Notes: generated by a model from the letters alone, not told the origin. A stretch of 64,000 bases of DNA from Candidatus Levyibacteriota bacterium (GCA_963716145.1 OY970292.1:76104-140103), one strand, 5' to 3'; numbered from the stretch's first letter, positions 1-11,234 are shown. Numbers and translations: made by a program.

Positions 1-446
1 TTATTGGAGTACTTCTTTTTTATAATTTTTTGTATTTTATGCATCAATACCAGATTCATGCTAAGCTCCACCAAACTTGGTATAGAAACAATGGTTTTAG
101 CTTACTGATGACAGACCTGGAAAAAACATACGACAAGTATGATCGAATCATTTTAACAAAATCAACGGGAGGGATTTATCCTCTTGTTCTTTTTTACAGC
201 AAATTTGATCCGAAAGTTTATCAGGAGTCAGGATCAACAAGGAATTATGACTATACAGGATTTGGTAAATTCTTTTTTTCCCCGAAAGATTGTCCTTCGA
301 TAAACAAAGATAGAAGATTTCCGGCTGGTAAAAAGATTTATGTTGACAAGGGAGATTGTCCTGATAATCTGAAGATTCCAGAAAAAAATCAAGTATATAT
401 CTTAAGAGAAGATGGGACAAAGGGCTTCAGAATTGTGTATGAATAA
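1..446 (+). CDS. C-terminal part of ArnT/PMT-like GT-C glycosyltransferase (5' truncated by window)
   Basis: Frame open from position 3. C-terminus (YDRIILT..LFY..FGKFFF..IYVD..DG..FRIV) parallels the C-termini of 17817..19502 and 19504..21141. Confidence 0.7.
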   Translation, partial: IGVLLFYNFLYFMHQYQIHAKLHQTWYRNNGFSLLMTDLEKTYDKYDRIILTKSTGGIYPLVLFYSKFDPKVYQESGSTRNYDYTGFGKFFFSPKDCPSINKDRRFPAGKKIYVDKGDCPDNLKIPEKNQVYILREDGTKGFRIVYE

Positions 447-481
447 TTTGGTTAAGTACTGTCTTTCTACAATTTATTCTT

Positions 482-2041
482 ATGAAAAAGTTTAAAAAAG
501 CAATTCTTAATAACCATCTGTCTATTGCATTAATTATTATATTATTAATCCCTTCAATCCTTCCGCTTTTTCATAAAGGATTTTTTGTAACAGATGATGG
601 TGAATGGGCGATTATTCGTTTTTCCGCATTCTACGCAGCTCTACGTGATGGACAATTTCCAGTCAGATTTCTTGATAGGTTAAATTTTGGCTATGGTTAT
701 CCGGTCGCAAATTTCTTATACCCCGGCTTTATGTATCTTGGAGTCATACCTTATATTTTAAAAATAGGTCTTGTTTCAACTATTAAAATAATTCTCTCTA
801 TGTCTCTGGTGGGATCTGCGCTTTTTACTTACTTTTGGCTTAAGAAATTTTTTGATAAGACATCATCCCTAGTGGGTGCCCTTTTTTATGCATATGCCCC
901 ATACCATCTGTATGATTTATATGTACGAGGCTCAATTGGGGAGATGCTTGCTCTTATGACCTTACCTTTTATTCTTTGGCAAGTGGAGAGAAAAAGTATT
1001 TTTTGGATATCAACCGGAATAATGCTGCTCATTATTTCGCATAACACTCTCGCCGTTCTATTTTTGGCCTTAATTCTTGGTTATATGACGCTTATCTCAT
1101 TTGTCGCTAAAAAGAAGAGTAATTTTTATTTTTATTTAAAAAGTTTATTTATCGGAGTTGGTTTGGCTGCATTTTTTTGGATGCCTATACTATTTGAATT
1201 AAATTACACTGTTTTTTCATCAACAAAAGTTTCAGATTGGAGTAACTACTTTGCGCCAATTGATCTAATTGGTTACATAACCTACCTAGTTTTATTTTTT
1301 ACAGCATTTTTATTTATCAGCAAAAGAGAATTAGTCAAAAAACATCGTAGGACGGTATTCTTATTTATAGTGGGGATTATTTCCATTTTTCTCTCAAGTT
1401 CAGTTAGCTATTCTTTTTGGAAAGTAATGCCTGCCGGCTTTATCCAATTTCCATTCCGCTTTCTATCAGTTAGCTTATTGTCTGCTGCCTTTCTTGCTGC
1501 ATTCGTCGTATCCCAGCTTAAAAGTGCATACAGAACAATATTTGTTTTCCTTTGTGCAATTTTATTATTCACATCTGCATATAAGAGTATTGTGACAATT
1601 AAATTTTTTGACAAAGGCGATGATTTCTATTCAACCAATGAAGCAACTACTACAGTGAAGGATGAATATATGCCGGTTTGGGTGAAAGAAAAGTCTCAGA
1701 AAAGAGCGGATGTAAAAGTGGAAAATCTAAATAGAAAAGGAAGAATTGAAAATGTTTTTTACAACAATAAAAAAGTTACCTTTACAATAGATTTGCAGGA
1801 GAACTCAGTTATTCAAGTTAATACGATTTATTGGCCAGGATGGAACGCTTTTGTTGATGAAAAATCCATTCCAATTTCATATAATAACCCAAAGGGCTTG
1901 ATGAGAATAAATGTTCCATCAGGTAAACATTTAGTCAAATTGAACTTTGGAGAAACGCCGTTGCGTTTATTTAGCGATTTAATTTCTTTGGCAAGTCTGG
2001 GTATTCTTTTAGTTATTTCTTTAAAAAGAAATCATGAATAG
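482..2041 (+). CDS. Multi-TM GT-C-fold protein, PTPS-related/YfhO-like family
   Basis: N-terminal TM then TDD; motifs GQFPVRF, GYGYP, YVRG, QFPFRFL; C-terminal YWPGW beta domain plus TM. Confidence 0.75.
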   Translation: MKKFKKAILNNHLSIALIIILLIPSILPLFHKGFFVTDDGEWAIIRFSAFYAALRDGQFPVRFLDRLNFGYGYPVANFLYPGFMYLGVIPYILKIGLVSTIKIILSMSLVGSALFTYFWLKKFFDKTSSLVGALFYAYAPYHLYDLYVRGSIGEMLALMTLPFILWQVERKSIFWISTGIMLLIISHNTLAVLFLALILGYMTLISFVAKKKSNFYFYLKSLFIGVGLAAFFWMPILFELNYTVFSSTKVSDWSNYFAPIDLIGYITYLVLFFTAFLFISKRELVKKHRRTVFLFIVGIISIFLSSSVSYSFWKVMPAGFIQFPFRFLSVSLLSAAFLAAFVVSQLKSAYRTIFVFLCAILLFTSAYKSIVTIKFFDKGDDFYSTNEATTTVKDEYMPVWVKEKSQKRADVKVENLNRKGRIENVFYNNKKVTFTIDLQENSVIQVNTIYWPGWNAFVDEKSIPISYNNPKGLMRINVPSGKHLVKLNFGETPLRLFSDLISLASLGILLVISLKRNHE

Positions 2042-3779
2042 ATTTAAAAAATTTTTACCTTTAATCGTAATTTTAGTACTTTCTTTTTGGGCTTTGAAGC
2101 CCTTATTTAATCCAGGTTTTTTTCCTATCCATGACGATGAGCAGGTAGGTAGATTGTACGATATGCATATTGATGTACGCTCAGGGCATTTGCCTCCCAG
2201 GCTTTCGCAAAATCTGGGCTTCGGATATGATTACCCCCTTTTCAATTTCTATCCATCTTTTATTTACTATGTTGCCGAAATATATCATCTAATTGGCTTT
2301 TCTTATATTGTGTCGATAAAGTTAATGATCGCAAGCGGATTTATTCTTGCGGCATTTGCTATGTATGCCCTCTCAAAAGAATATTTTGGAAAGCTAGCAG
2401 GTATAGTTTCCTCACTTGCTTATACATACGCCTCTTATCACAGCATTGATGTTTATGTGCGTGGAGCATTACCCGAGTTTTGGTCATTTGTTTTTTTACC
2501 GGCAATATTCTGGAGTTTTACAAAGTTGGCTAAAAAACCCGGAGGTTTTTTTACACTACTTTCAGGAATATTTTTGGCATTCTTTGTGTTGACGCATAAT
2601 CTAATTGCCATGATGAGTGCCCCCTTTATTTTGTCGTTTCTTATTTATCTTTATTTTGTTACAAAAGATAAAAATAAATTTGTTTTAACAACAACTTTTT
2701 CAGGAATAATCGGCGTTTGCTTATCAGCGTATTTTTGGCTGCCTGCCATTCTTGAAAAAAAATTCACAATGGTGAGCGTATTAACAACTGAGTTAGCAAG
2801 TTACGCGATACATTTCGTCTTCCCGAGTCAGTTTTGGTATTCCCCATGGGGATATGGGGGATCAACCGCTGGGACAGGAGATGGTCTCTCATTTCAAATT
2901 GGTAAAATATACCTTCTTTGCTTAGTTACAGTTTTTGCATATTCTCTCCTGTTGTTAAAAAAGCAAAGAAAGACGGCAATGCTTTTGTTTTTGCTTCTTG
3001 GTCTTTTTATTCTTTCTCTTTTCATGCAAACAGCACATTCTAAGTTTATTTGGGACGGTCTGCAATCTAGTATGGCCTATATCCAGTTCCCATGGAGGTT
3101 TTTGGTGTTTAGTTTTTTTCTTGCTTCTTTTGCTCTTGGAGCACTTTTTACAACTCCGTTTCCGCTTTATAAAAATAAAAATTTTAACTATTTACAATAT
3201 GTTCTAGCAGCAATGATTGTTTTCGTCATTATTTATAAAGCTGTTGCGATTTTCAATCCGTTAACATATCTCGTCAATGCAAAAGACCAAGATTACGTAA
3301 GTCAAGATGTTATGCGTTGGAAAACAAGCAATATGGCATTTGAATATGTACCAAAAGGCATAGCGACAAAAAAATCAGCAAGAGGCAATACTATTGTTGA
3401 TATAAAACAATCACAAATAGCAAAACGACCACTATCAGTTATTTCCGGAAATATGCAAATAGATGTAACAAAAGATATTCCGCAAAAAAAATCAGCAACA
3501 GTCACTGTTAAAAAAGGTGGAATATTGCAGATCAATGTTTATGCGTTTCCAGGATGGCAAGTATTAGTAGACAATGAAGAAGTGACATATTCTGCCAATA
3601 ATTCTTTGAGATTACTGAGAATTCCTTTAAATGAGGGGAAGCATGTAATTGTTGCTAAATTTAATGACACGTCTGTGAGAATTTTAGGGAATTTGCTTTC
3701 TGCCATAACAGCGTTAGGAATTTTGTTCTTCGGGACTTACTATGTAGTTTTACCAAGAATGAAGGAAATAAAGAAATAG
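2034..3779 (+). CDS. Multi-TM GT-C-fold protein, PTPS-related/YfhO-like (paralog of 482..2041)
   Basis: Motifs HDD, GFGYDYP, YVRGALPE, QFPWRFL, AFPGW; overlaps the previous gene by 8 nt. Confidence 0.75.
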   Translation: MNRFKKFLPLIVILVLSFWALKPLFNPGFFPIHDDEQVGRLYDMHIDVRSGHLPPRLSQNLGFGYDYPLFNFYPSFIYYVAEIYHLIGFSYIVSIKLMIASGFILAAFAMYALSKEYFGKLAGIVSSLAYTYASYHSIDVYVRGALPEFWSFVFLPAIFWSFTKLAKKPGGFFTLLSGIFLAFFVLTHNLIAMMSAPFILSFLIYLYFVTKDKNKFVLTTTFSGIIGVCLSAYFWLPAILEKKFTMVSVLTTELASYAIHFVFPSQFWYSPWGYGGSTAGTGDGLSFQIGKIYLLCLVTVFAYSLLLLKKQRKTAMLLFLLLGLFILSLFMQTAHSKFIWDGLQSSMAYIQFPWRFLVFSFFLASFALGALFTTPFPLYKNKNFNYLQYVLAAMIVFVIIYKAVAIFNPLTYLVNAKDQDYVSQDVMRWKTSNMAFEYVPKGIATKKSARGNTIVDIKQSQIAKRPLSVISGNMQIDVTKDIPQKKSATVTVKKGGILQINVYAFPGWQVLVDNEEVTYSANNSLRLLRIPLNEGKHVIVAKFNDTSVRILGNLLSAITALGILFFGTYYVVLPRMKEIKK

Positions 3780-3799
3780 ACTACAATAGGATAACTATT

Positions 3800-5266
3800 A
3801 TGTTTAAGAATATAGCTTTTAAAAAGTTAATACAAAGTGAATTGGCGTTTTTCACTTCATTGTATGGGTTGGTTCTAGTTATTTTTTTTGGTGCATTTCA
3901 TATAAATTTTTTTGCTGATGATTATTTTTTTCTTAAAATAAGCAGAGCGAATAATATTTTCGATTTTATTAATTTCTATTCACCTATCAGAGATTATTCG
4001 TATAAGCCTTTAGCTAGTGAAACTTTTTATTATATATTGCATTTATTAAATAATAACGTCTTCTTAGGTCATGCGATTATGTTTGTGACTTATTTTGTTG
4101 GCATTTTTTATCTATACAAAGTAATAAATACTTTGACAAATAATAAAAATTTAGCAAAGCTGACAGTTTTTATGTACGGAATTAGCTTTGTTCATGTATT
4201 TCAACTCTATTGGTTCGGAACATACCAGGAGATTGCCCTTTTTTGTTTTTTAACAATATCTTTATACCATTTTATTAGAAAAAAATATTTTTTAAGTGTC
4301 TTATTTTTTGTTTTTGCTTCTTTATGCAAGGAAACGGCAGCTCTTTATACGCCTTTCTTATTTTTATTCGTGTTCTGTAGAGACAAAGGGAAATTAAAAA
4401 TTAGTAATTATTATCACTTGATAATTTTCGTTTTTCTAACAGTCATATTTTGGCTAGTTTATAAAACAAGCTTAGATCATATAACAAGCCTGGATAATTA
4501 TAAGGTAAGTTGGAATTTAAAACTTCTTATAAATAATTCTATGTGGTATGGTCTTTGGGGAATTGGATTTCCAAATTTCATGTCAGACTATTTTAATAGC
4601 ATTTTCTCAAAACCGTCCCCAGTCTTTTGGGATATCATAAAAAGTCACGATATAAAAATGTACTTTGAGCAATTAATAATATATTTACTTCTATTTATGA
4701 GTTCTTTAACGGGATATATAATTTTCAATAAAAAAGAACATAAAAGATATATTTATTTATTAGCTTTTTCTCTTTTTGGTTTTTTACTATTTCTAGGCCC
4801 AATACTTCTTTTTCCGCACAAATGGATGATCAGGTTAACTATGCCCTTAATTTTTGTTAGCCTTTTTCAGGCCTACTTTATTTTTGATTTAACTCGTAAA
4901 AATTTGCTAACCAAAGCAATAGCAGCAATTCTTATTGCCATGTACTTCAGTTGGAACTTTTATGGTATAAAGACGCATGAATCATCCAGCTTATATCTTT
5001 TGGAAAATAATATTTATGTTAGTGCAGGCAAATACTTCTCAATGCACAAAAATCAAATAACAAACAAAAAATATATTTATTTCAAAGATGATGGTAGAAA
5101 TAAAAATAATATTTTTAATAATTCTCAAAAGCTTAAGCTGAGTTTTCATGATCAGAGTTTTCTTGATCATTTTTTTCCCGGTTATAAGATGACGGCTGTT
5201 TATAATTTTGAATCACCTAAAATACCGGCAAATGCATTCATTGTTGACACTAACTTGCTTTTTTAA
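3800..5266 (+). CDS. Multi-TM GT-C-like glycosyltransferase
   Basis: FFADDYFFL acidic motif after TM1, YKP, CKE motif; many hydrophobic segments. Confidence 0.65.
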   Translation: MFKNIAFKKLIQSELAFFTSLYGLVLVIFFGAFHINFFADDYFFLKISRANNIFDFINFYSPIRDYSYKPLASETFYYILHLLNNNVFLGHAIMFVTYFVGIFYLYKVINTLTNNKNLAKLTVFMYGISFVHVFQLYWFGTYQEIALFCFLTISLYHFIRKKYFLSVLFFVFASLCKETAALYTPFLFLFVFCRDKGKLKISNYYHLIIFVFLTVIFWLVYKTSLDHITSLDNYKVSWNLKLLINNSMWYGLWGIGFPNFMSDYFNSIFSKPSPVFWDIIKSHDIKMYFEQLIIYLLLFMSSLTGYIIFNKKEHKRYIYLLAFSLFGFLLFLGPILLFPHKWMIRLTMPLIFVSLFQAYFIFDLTRKNLLTKAIAAILIAMYFSWNFYGIKTHESSSLYLLENNIYVSAGKYFSMHKNQITNKKYIYFKDDGRNKNNIFNNSQKLKLSFHDQSFLDHFFPGYKMTAVYNFESPKIPANAFIVDTNLLF

Positions 5267-5284
5267 TTAAAGACAACTGAGTTT

Positions 5285-5293
5285 TGTTATAAT
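5285..5293 (+). promoter_or_regulatory. Extended -10 (TGtTATAAT), 7 nt before ATG 5301
   Basis: Direct motif match; same geometry as other starts in the window. Confidence 0.65.
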
Positions 5294-5300
5294 GCATTCT

Positions 5301-6020
5301 ATGAATAGTAAAATTTCCGAACTTTCAATATTTTTTCCTTTTTGGAACGAACAGGACAATATAGAGAAAACAGTAAGAGACGCCATACCCATTGCTAAAA
5401 AAATTGCCAGAAAATGGGAAATTATTATGGTGGACGATGGATCATCAGACAAAACTCTTGAAATCGCAGAAAGACTGGCAAAAGAGGATGAACGACTGCG
5501 TATTATCTCTCATCAGCCAAATAGAGGGTATGGCGCAGCACTGACTGCCGGATTAACTAATGCCCGGTACAAGTTAATTGTTTTTACTGATGGTGATGGA
5601 CAATTTGATTTTTCAGAAGTAATAAAACTCTTGGATAAAATTGATTCAGCTGATATGGTAATTGGTTATCGGCAGAAAAGAAGAGATCGCAAATTATTCA
5701 AACGATTACTTTTGATGAATCTTCTTAAGGTAGGGGATTTACTTCTCTTTAGATTTTATTTTCGAGATATTGATTGTGGATTCAAGATGTTCAAGAAAGA
5801 AGCAATAGAAAAGTTAACACCACTTCGTTCTGAAGGTGCGATGATCACAACGGAAATTCTCGCAAAAGCCAGAAAGAAGAAATTAAAGATTAAAGAGGTA
5901 GGTGTTACACATTATCCCCGAAAACTCGGTCACCAAACCGGAGCAGAATTTTCAGTTATTGTCCGAGCAGTTCTTGAAAGCTTAATCCTGTGGTACGATT
6001 TACATTATGGAAGAACTTGA
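5301..6020 (+). CDS. GT2 polyprenol-phosphate sugar synthase (DPM1/GtrB-like)
   Basis: Motifs P.WNE, VDDGSSD, NRGYG, DGDGQF, DIDCGFK. Start at 5301 preferred over 5292 because the 5292 ATG overlaps the -10 box. Confidence 0.85.
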   Translation: MNSKISELSIFFPFWNEQDNIEKTVRDAIPIAKKIARKWEIIMVDDGSSDKTLEIAERLAKEDERLRIISHQPNRGYGAALTAGLTNARYKLIVFTDGDGQFDFSEVIKLLDKIDSADMVIGYRQKRRDRKLFKRLLLMNLLKVGDLLLFRFYFRDIDCGFKMFKKEAIEKLTPLRSEGAMITTEILAKARKKKLKIKEVGVTHYPRKLGHQTGAEFSVIVRAVLESLILWYDLHYGRT

Positions 6021-7461
6021 TTTAATTAACCTTGGGAAGCAATCAATTAAGGGTGTTTTGGCATTAATTTCCCAAACTTTTATTGTTCAAATAATTTCAG
6101 CTACTGCGTTGGTTATCGTCTTGACCGTACTAACCCCTGCAGAAGTTGGAATTTTTGTCGCAGTTACAGCAATGCGTAGGATTGTAGATTTTTTTACAGA
6201 TTTTGGAATTGGCGCTGCGTTGGTTCAGAAAAAACAAGAATTAACTCTTGGAGATCTGAGAACCAGCTTTACCATCCAAGCAGGAATTACGCTATTAATC
6301 TTTATTGGGACGTTTTTACTGAGGCATCAGATTTCCGGATATCTCAAATTAAACACTCAGGGAGAGAATTTGCTCCTAGCGCTTGTATTTACTGTTTTTA
6401 TATCATCATTTAAAACAATTCCATCAATTCTTCTTGAGCGAAAAATACAGTTCCAAAAATTGATTATACCTCAGATCGCTGAGGCTCTGGTCTATAATGT
6501 TTTGCTAGTGGTATTAGTGCTTAAAGGGTTTCGGGTTGATAGTTATTCGTACGCATTTCTTGTTTCAGGTATTATTGGTCTGCCTTTTTATTATTATGTT
6601 TCCCCTTGGAAAATCGGACTGGGGATTGATAGAAAAGCCCTTCATAACTTGAAGTTTGGATTACAATTCCAAACAAAAAATATTTTAGCAATCATAAAGG
6701 ATGATCTCTTAACAGTGGTATTGATTAAATTTCTCACATTCAGGGAAATAGGATTTATAGGATTTGGTCAAAGGATCGCATTTTTACCTTATAGATATAT
6801 TGTTGATAGCGTGACCAAAGTTACTTTTTCAACGTATTCAAGAATTCAGGAAGATACAAAGGTCTTGAGAAAAGCAATTGAAAAATCTCTCTTTTTTATA
6901 AGTTCACTTATGTTTCCCATACTACTGGGAATTATACTTACTGTTCCTTACTTTATTCAATATTTTCCCAAATGGCACAATAAGTGGGAGCCTGCAATTA
7001 TCAGTATAATATTTTTTTCTCTTAATGCTGCTTTTGCTTCACTTTCCAATATACTTATTAATGTTTTGGACGCAACCGGTAGAATTAAAAAAACTTTATA
7101 TCTTATGATAATTATGACTATTATTACTTGGGCTCTAACCCCGCTTTTTATATTTAACTTCAAATTCGGTTACAACGGAGTCCCTATTGTGTCCTTTATA
7201 GTAACGCTTACAATTGGCTTTTGTGTTTATATGGTTAAGAAAATTGTGGATTTTGACTTCATAAAAAACATTTATAAGGCCTTAGTCTGCTCACTTATAA
7301 TGGGCATTATTATAATCGGTTATTTACAATTTTTTGTAAAAGATTTGCTTACATTGTTCATAGGAATAGCAGTAGGTGCGATAGTATACGGAGTTTGCTT
7401 TTATTTAATCGCAAAAAAAGAATTAATCGAAGCAAAGAACTTGATATTCAAAAAATATTAA
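6007..7461 (+). CDS. wzx: Wzx/WzxC-type oligosaccharide flippase (MOP family)
   Basis: LTPAEVG, DFGIGAALVQK, LLER motifs; hydrophobic throughout; located in a glycan locus. Confidence 0.85.
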   Translation: MEELDLINLGKQSIKGVLALISQTFIVQIISATALVIVLTVLTPAEVGIFVAVTAMRRIVDFFTDFGIGAALVQKKQELTLGDLRTSFTIQAGITLLIFIGTFLLRHQISGYLKLNTQGENLLLALVFTVFISSFKTIPSILLERKIQFQKLIIPQIAEALVYNVLLVVLVLKGFRVDSYSYAFLVSGIIGLPFYYYVSPWKIGLGIDRKALHNLKFGLQFQTKNILAIIKDDLLTVVLIKFLTFREIGFIGFGQRIAFLPYRYIVDSVTKVTFSTYSRIQEDTKVLRKAIEKSLFFISSLMFPILLGIILTVPYFIQYFPKWHNKWEPAIISIIFFSLNAAFASLSNILINVLDATGRIKKTLYLMIIMTIITWALTPLFIFNFKFGYNGVPIVSFIVTLTIGFCVYMVKKIVDFDFIKNIYKALVCSLIMGIIIIGYLQFFVKDLLTLFIGIAVGAIVYGVCFYLIAKKELIEAKNLIFKKY

Positions 7462-7473
7462 AAATTTATAAAA

Positions 7474-8373
7474 ATGAAAAAAATTTCTATTGTCACGATC
7501 AATTACAACTCGGAAGAAGCTACGAAAAATTTACTTACTTCATTGAAAAAAATAAAAGTTGCTAATTTTAGTTGGGATGTTGTGGTTGTCGATAACGGTT
7601 CAGAGAAAGTTTTTAAAACAAATGAAAAAGCATTTATAATAAGATCGGATATCAACACTGGTTTTACAGGCGGATGCAATATAGGTATTAAAGAAGGGCT
7701 AGGAAGAGGTGCTGATTATATACTTTTAATCAATAATGATACGACTGTTCAGCCTGATTTAATCAAAGACTTGCAAGCAGCATTAGAAAGCGATCCTACA
7801 ATCGGTGTTACGGTCCCCAAAATTTATTTTTCAAAGGGTCAAGAGTTTCATAAAGCTAAATATAAAAAAGAAGAGTTGGGGAGAGTGCTTTGGTTCGCTG
7901 GAGGATATATTGATTGGAAAAATGCTATAAGTGTACATACAGGAATGGATCAGGTAGACAATGGGCAATATGATGAAATTAAAAAAATAGATTTTGCGAC
8001 CGGCTGCTGCATGTTGATAAAAAGAGAAGTATTAGAAAGGGTTGGTTTTTTTGACAAAAGGTACTTTCTTTATTACGAAGATGCAGATTTGAGCCAAAGA
8101 ATCATAAAAGCGGGATTTGAAATTTTTTATATCCCCAGTGCTATTATATATCATGATAACGCACAGTCTTCAGGAGGATCGGGAAGTGGGCTACATGACT
8201 ATTTTCTCACTCGTAACCAAATGCAGTTTGGTATAACATATGCACCAATTAAGACCAAAATTGCATTGCTCCGGCAAAGTTTGCGATTACTAATAATAGG
8301 AAGAGAATATCAAAAGAAGGGAATTAGAGATTTTTATTTAAGAAGATTCGGAAAAGGGACTTACTTTAAGTAA
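7474..8373 (+). CDS. GT2 glycosyltransferase (WbbL/rhamnosyltransferase-like)
   Basis: VDNGS, NTGFTGGCN, INND, FDKRYFLYYEDAD. Confidence 0.85.
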   Translation: MKKISIVTINYNSEEATKNLLTSLKKIKVANFSWDVVVVDNGSEKVFKTNEKAFIIRSDINTGFTGGCNIGIKEGLGRGADYILLINNDTTVQPDLIKDLQAALESDPTIGVTVPKIYFSKGQEFHKAKYKKEELGRVLWFAGGYIDWKNAISVHTGMDQVDNGQYDEIKKIDFATGCCMLIKREVLERVGFFDKRYFLYYEDADLSQRIIKAGFEIFYIPSAIIYHDNAQSSGGSGSGLHDYFLTRNQMQFGITYAPIKTKIALLRQSLRLLIIGREYQKKGIRDFYLRRFGKGTYFK

Positions 8374-8381
8374 CTATTATT

Positions 8382-10358
8382 ATGATTGGTGCATTTTCGA
8401 TTCTGGATATAAAATTTTGGCTATATTTTTTATATTATATTTTTGCGGTATTTGTTTCAGCATATATTCCAGGAAGCCTTCTCCTGCGTACATTAAAGGT
8501 AGATAAGTTTTCGAAAATTATAATATCTTTAGTACTTGGTATCGTTATATGGGGATACCAGGGATATATTTTTGGATATATAGGTTTACGTTTCCTATCG
8601 TATATATATCTTAGCAGTGTATTTATTTTTTGGATACATGGTAAGAGGAAAAATAAGTGGAGTTTCATTCCTACGCTCGGGATAAACAAATCTAATTTGT
8701 TCTCCGCAGCAATTATTTTTGTTGGGACCTTAGTTCAATTATTGACTATCTGGTTTAATGGGGTATATCTGCAAAAAGGGTTATACTTTTGCTGTGGCAT
8801 AGATACCGTATATCATCTTGCTTTGACAGGAGAAGCCGTAAGGCATTTTCCACCTCTAGATCCCGGGTCTGTTAATGCGATCGTAAAAAACTATCACTAT
8901 TTTTCAAACGTTATAATTGCGGAGTGGGTACGCGTATTCAATTTACCATTAACTGCTACATATTTTCAGTATTCAACCGTCCTTTTTTCAATCCTCATGG
9001 GGTTAACGGCAGTAGTTTTTGGACGAGTATATGGAATGAAAAAAAGATATATCAATTGGTTGCTATTTTTTCTTTATTTTAGTGGAAGTGCAACATATAT
9101 TCTTATATTACTTTTTCAGCATAGGATTGATATTGGCGCAACAGTTCTACATGAGGCAACTATTTTATGGTTAAGCCCTCCACGAGTATATGCAATTGTA
9201 GTTTTTTTAACTGGTATGTCGCTAATATATTATTGGATTAAAGGAAAAAATATCCATATTGGTTTAATTGCTGCCATACTATTAGCCTCATTGATAAGTA
9301 TAAAAGTTTATTTCGGTATCTTTATCCTAGCTGGGTATATGTTTCTTAATATCTACTATTTATATAAAAAAGATTTAAAATCCATAATTCCTTCACTTAT
9401 TGCGATTGTTGTAGCACTTTTATTATATCTCCCGGTAAATAGTGGAGCCGGCGGGTTATTTTTTACTGGGTTTTGGAGAGTAGAAAATTTTATCTCTTTT
9501 CCGGCCTTAGGTCTTTCACATATGGAGCTGGCAAGATTGGTATATCTAGAACATCACAATTGGCTACGCGTAGCTCAATATGAAGGGATGTATATAGCTT
9601 TATATTTTTTCGCAGTGTTTGGAACATTGTTATTTTCTTTCTGCCAAACAGGAGAATCAATGAGAAAAATTCCAAAGGAGGCTCACATTTTTCTCATAGG
9701 TGGGATTACGGTGTCTCTCATTGCCGGTTTATTTTTTGTTCAACGTTTTGGAGCGTCTAATAGTTCTCAATTTATCATAACAGTGATAGGCATTCTACCC
9801 ATATATGCTGCTTTAGCCTATGATCATTGGATACAAAAGATAAAAGCAGCTTTTATTAGAAGATTTATCATACTTATTGTTATTTTTGTTACTATACCAC
9901 GTATTGCACATGATGTGAATTCAAGAATTCAGCAGTTTACCCATCTGTCCGGTTATACTTTTTCAAATCAGGAAATTGCTGCTACCTCTTTTTTAAGAGA
10001 AGCTCCTAATGGTATCGTGCTCACCCCTTTGTATAATTGTTTGTACATTCATATGCTCAGTAATAAGTTCGTATATGCTTGCAATGATGCTAATGTTTTA
10101 ACCGATCATTTAGATGCAAATGAGGCTAACAAAAAAATAGCAGATATTAATAAAATATTTACCTACGAACAGCCTTCTTCAGTTAGTGCTGCTTTACTTT
10201 CTAAAAATATCCGATATATTTATATTCGAGGCGGAAGCGATCTTATTAGTACAAATTCTGCTTTTTTTCTTCCCATAATCTACAAAAATAATGAAATAAA
10301 AATAAGAGAGGTTTCAAAAAAGAAAATAAATGAATATAATAAATTACATCTCAATTGA
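8382..10358 (+). CDS. Large polytopic membrane protein, probable GT-C fold
   Basis: Many TM segments; D..YH and YHY motifs in first loop; soluble C-terminal domain. Confidence 0.55.
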   Translation: MIGAFSILDIKFWLYFLYYIFAVFVSAYIPGSLLLRTLKVDKFSKIIISLVLGIVIWGYQGYIFGYIGLRFLSYIYLSSVFIFWIHGKRKNKWSFIPTLGINKSNLFSAAIIFVGTLVQLLTIWFNGVYLQKGLYFCCGIDTVYHLALTGEAVRHFPPLDPGSVNAIVKNYHYFSNVIIAEWVRVFNLPLTATYFQYSTVLFSILMGLTAVVFGRVYGMKKRYINWLLFFLYFSGSATYILILLFQHRIDIGATVLHEATILWLSPPRVYAIVVFLTGMSLIYYWIKGKNIHIGLIAAILLASLISIKVYFGIFILAGYMFLNIYYLYKKDLKSIIPSLIAIVVALLLYLPVNSGAGGLFFTGFWRVENFISFPALGLSHMELARLVYLEHHNWLRVAQYEGMYIALYFFAVFGTLLFSFCQTGESMRKIPKEAHIFLIGGITVSLIAGLFFVQRFGASNSSQFIITVIGILPIYAALAYDHWIQKIKAAFIRRFIILIVIFVTIPRIAHDVNSRIQQFTHLSGYTFSNQEIAATSFLREAPNGIVLTPLYNCLYIHMLSNKFVYACNDANVLTDHLDANEANKKIADINKIFTYEQPSSVSAALLSKNIRYIYIRGGSDLISTNSAFFLPIIYKNNEIKIREVSKKKINEYNKLHLN

Positions 10359-10418
10359 CAGAGTAATGGAATCGTAGCTGCCATTTAAATAGATAGATAT
10401 TTATATGATAGTTTCATT

Positions 10419-11168
10419 ATGAATAAAATTTCAGCAATTATACTTACCAAAAATTCAGAAGACTTAATAGCAGATTGCATAGATTCTGTTTCTTTTTGTG
10501 ATGAAATTATCGTAGTGGATGATTCTTCAACTGACAGGACGCCCGATCTGGCGAAGCATCTGGGAGCAAGAGTGTTTAATTATAAATCTAATAGTTTTGC
10601 AGAAAAGCGAAATTTTGGACTGGGAAAAGCAAAATATAAATGGGTTTTGTATATAGATGATGACGAACGGATTTCCGGAGAACTTAAAAAAAATATTATG
10701 GAAGTTGCCGAAAAACAGAAAGATGAATTCGATGCATATAGATTAAAAAGAAAAAATTTTTATTTAGGCAAACACGAATGGCCAAGCATTGAGAAAATGG
10801 AACGGTTATTTAAAAAAAACTCTTTGGAAAAATGGGAGGGTAAGCTTCACGAGACACCCGTTGCAAAGGGTGAAATAGGAGAATTAGAAGGGTTTATAAA
10901 TCACTATACTCATCAGGATTTAACAAAAATGGTTAATAAGACAATTGAGTGGTCGAGGGTTGAAGCAGAGCTTCGTTTTAAGGCAAATCATCCGAAAATG
11001 TCAGAATGGAGATTTTTTAGGGTAATGCTAACAGCATTTTATGATTCATATGTAAAGCAGAAAGGTTACAAAGTCCGAACCGCAGGTTTGGTGGAAAGCT
11101 TGTATCAGTCATTTAGCATATTTATTACCTACGCAAGACTTTGGGAATTACAGAATAAAAAAAAATGA
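10419..11168 (+). CDS. GT2 glycosyltransferase (LgtF/KdtX-like)
   Basis: VDDSSTD, FAEKRN, IDDDER, LHE motifs. Confidence 0.85.
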   Translation: MNKISAIILTKNSEDLIADCIDSVSFCDEIIVVDDSSTDRTPDLAKHLGARVFNYKSNSFAEKRNFGLGKAKYKWVLYIDDDERISGELKKNIMEVAEKQKDEFDAYRLKRKNFYLGKHEWPSIEKMERLFKKNSLEKWEGKLHETPVAKGEIGELEGFINHYTHQDLTKMVNKTIEWSRVEAELRFKANHPKMSEWRFFRVMLTAFYDSYVKQKGYKVRTAGLVESLYQSFSIFITYARLWELQNKKK

Positions 11169-11219
11169 CGGCCCAGCCCCTCTGATTAATAGGTTTATAT
11201 ATGCAAGTAGCACAAAAAT

Positions 11220-11228
11220 TGATAGAAT
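11220..11228 (+). promoter_or_regulatory. Extended -10 (TGaTAGAAT), 6 nt before ATG 11235
   Basis: Direct motif match. Confidence 0.65.
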
Positions 11229-11234
11229 TGATCT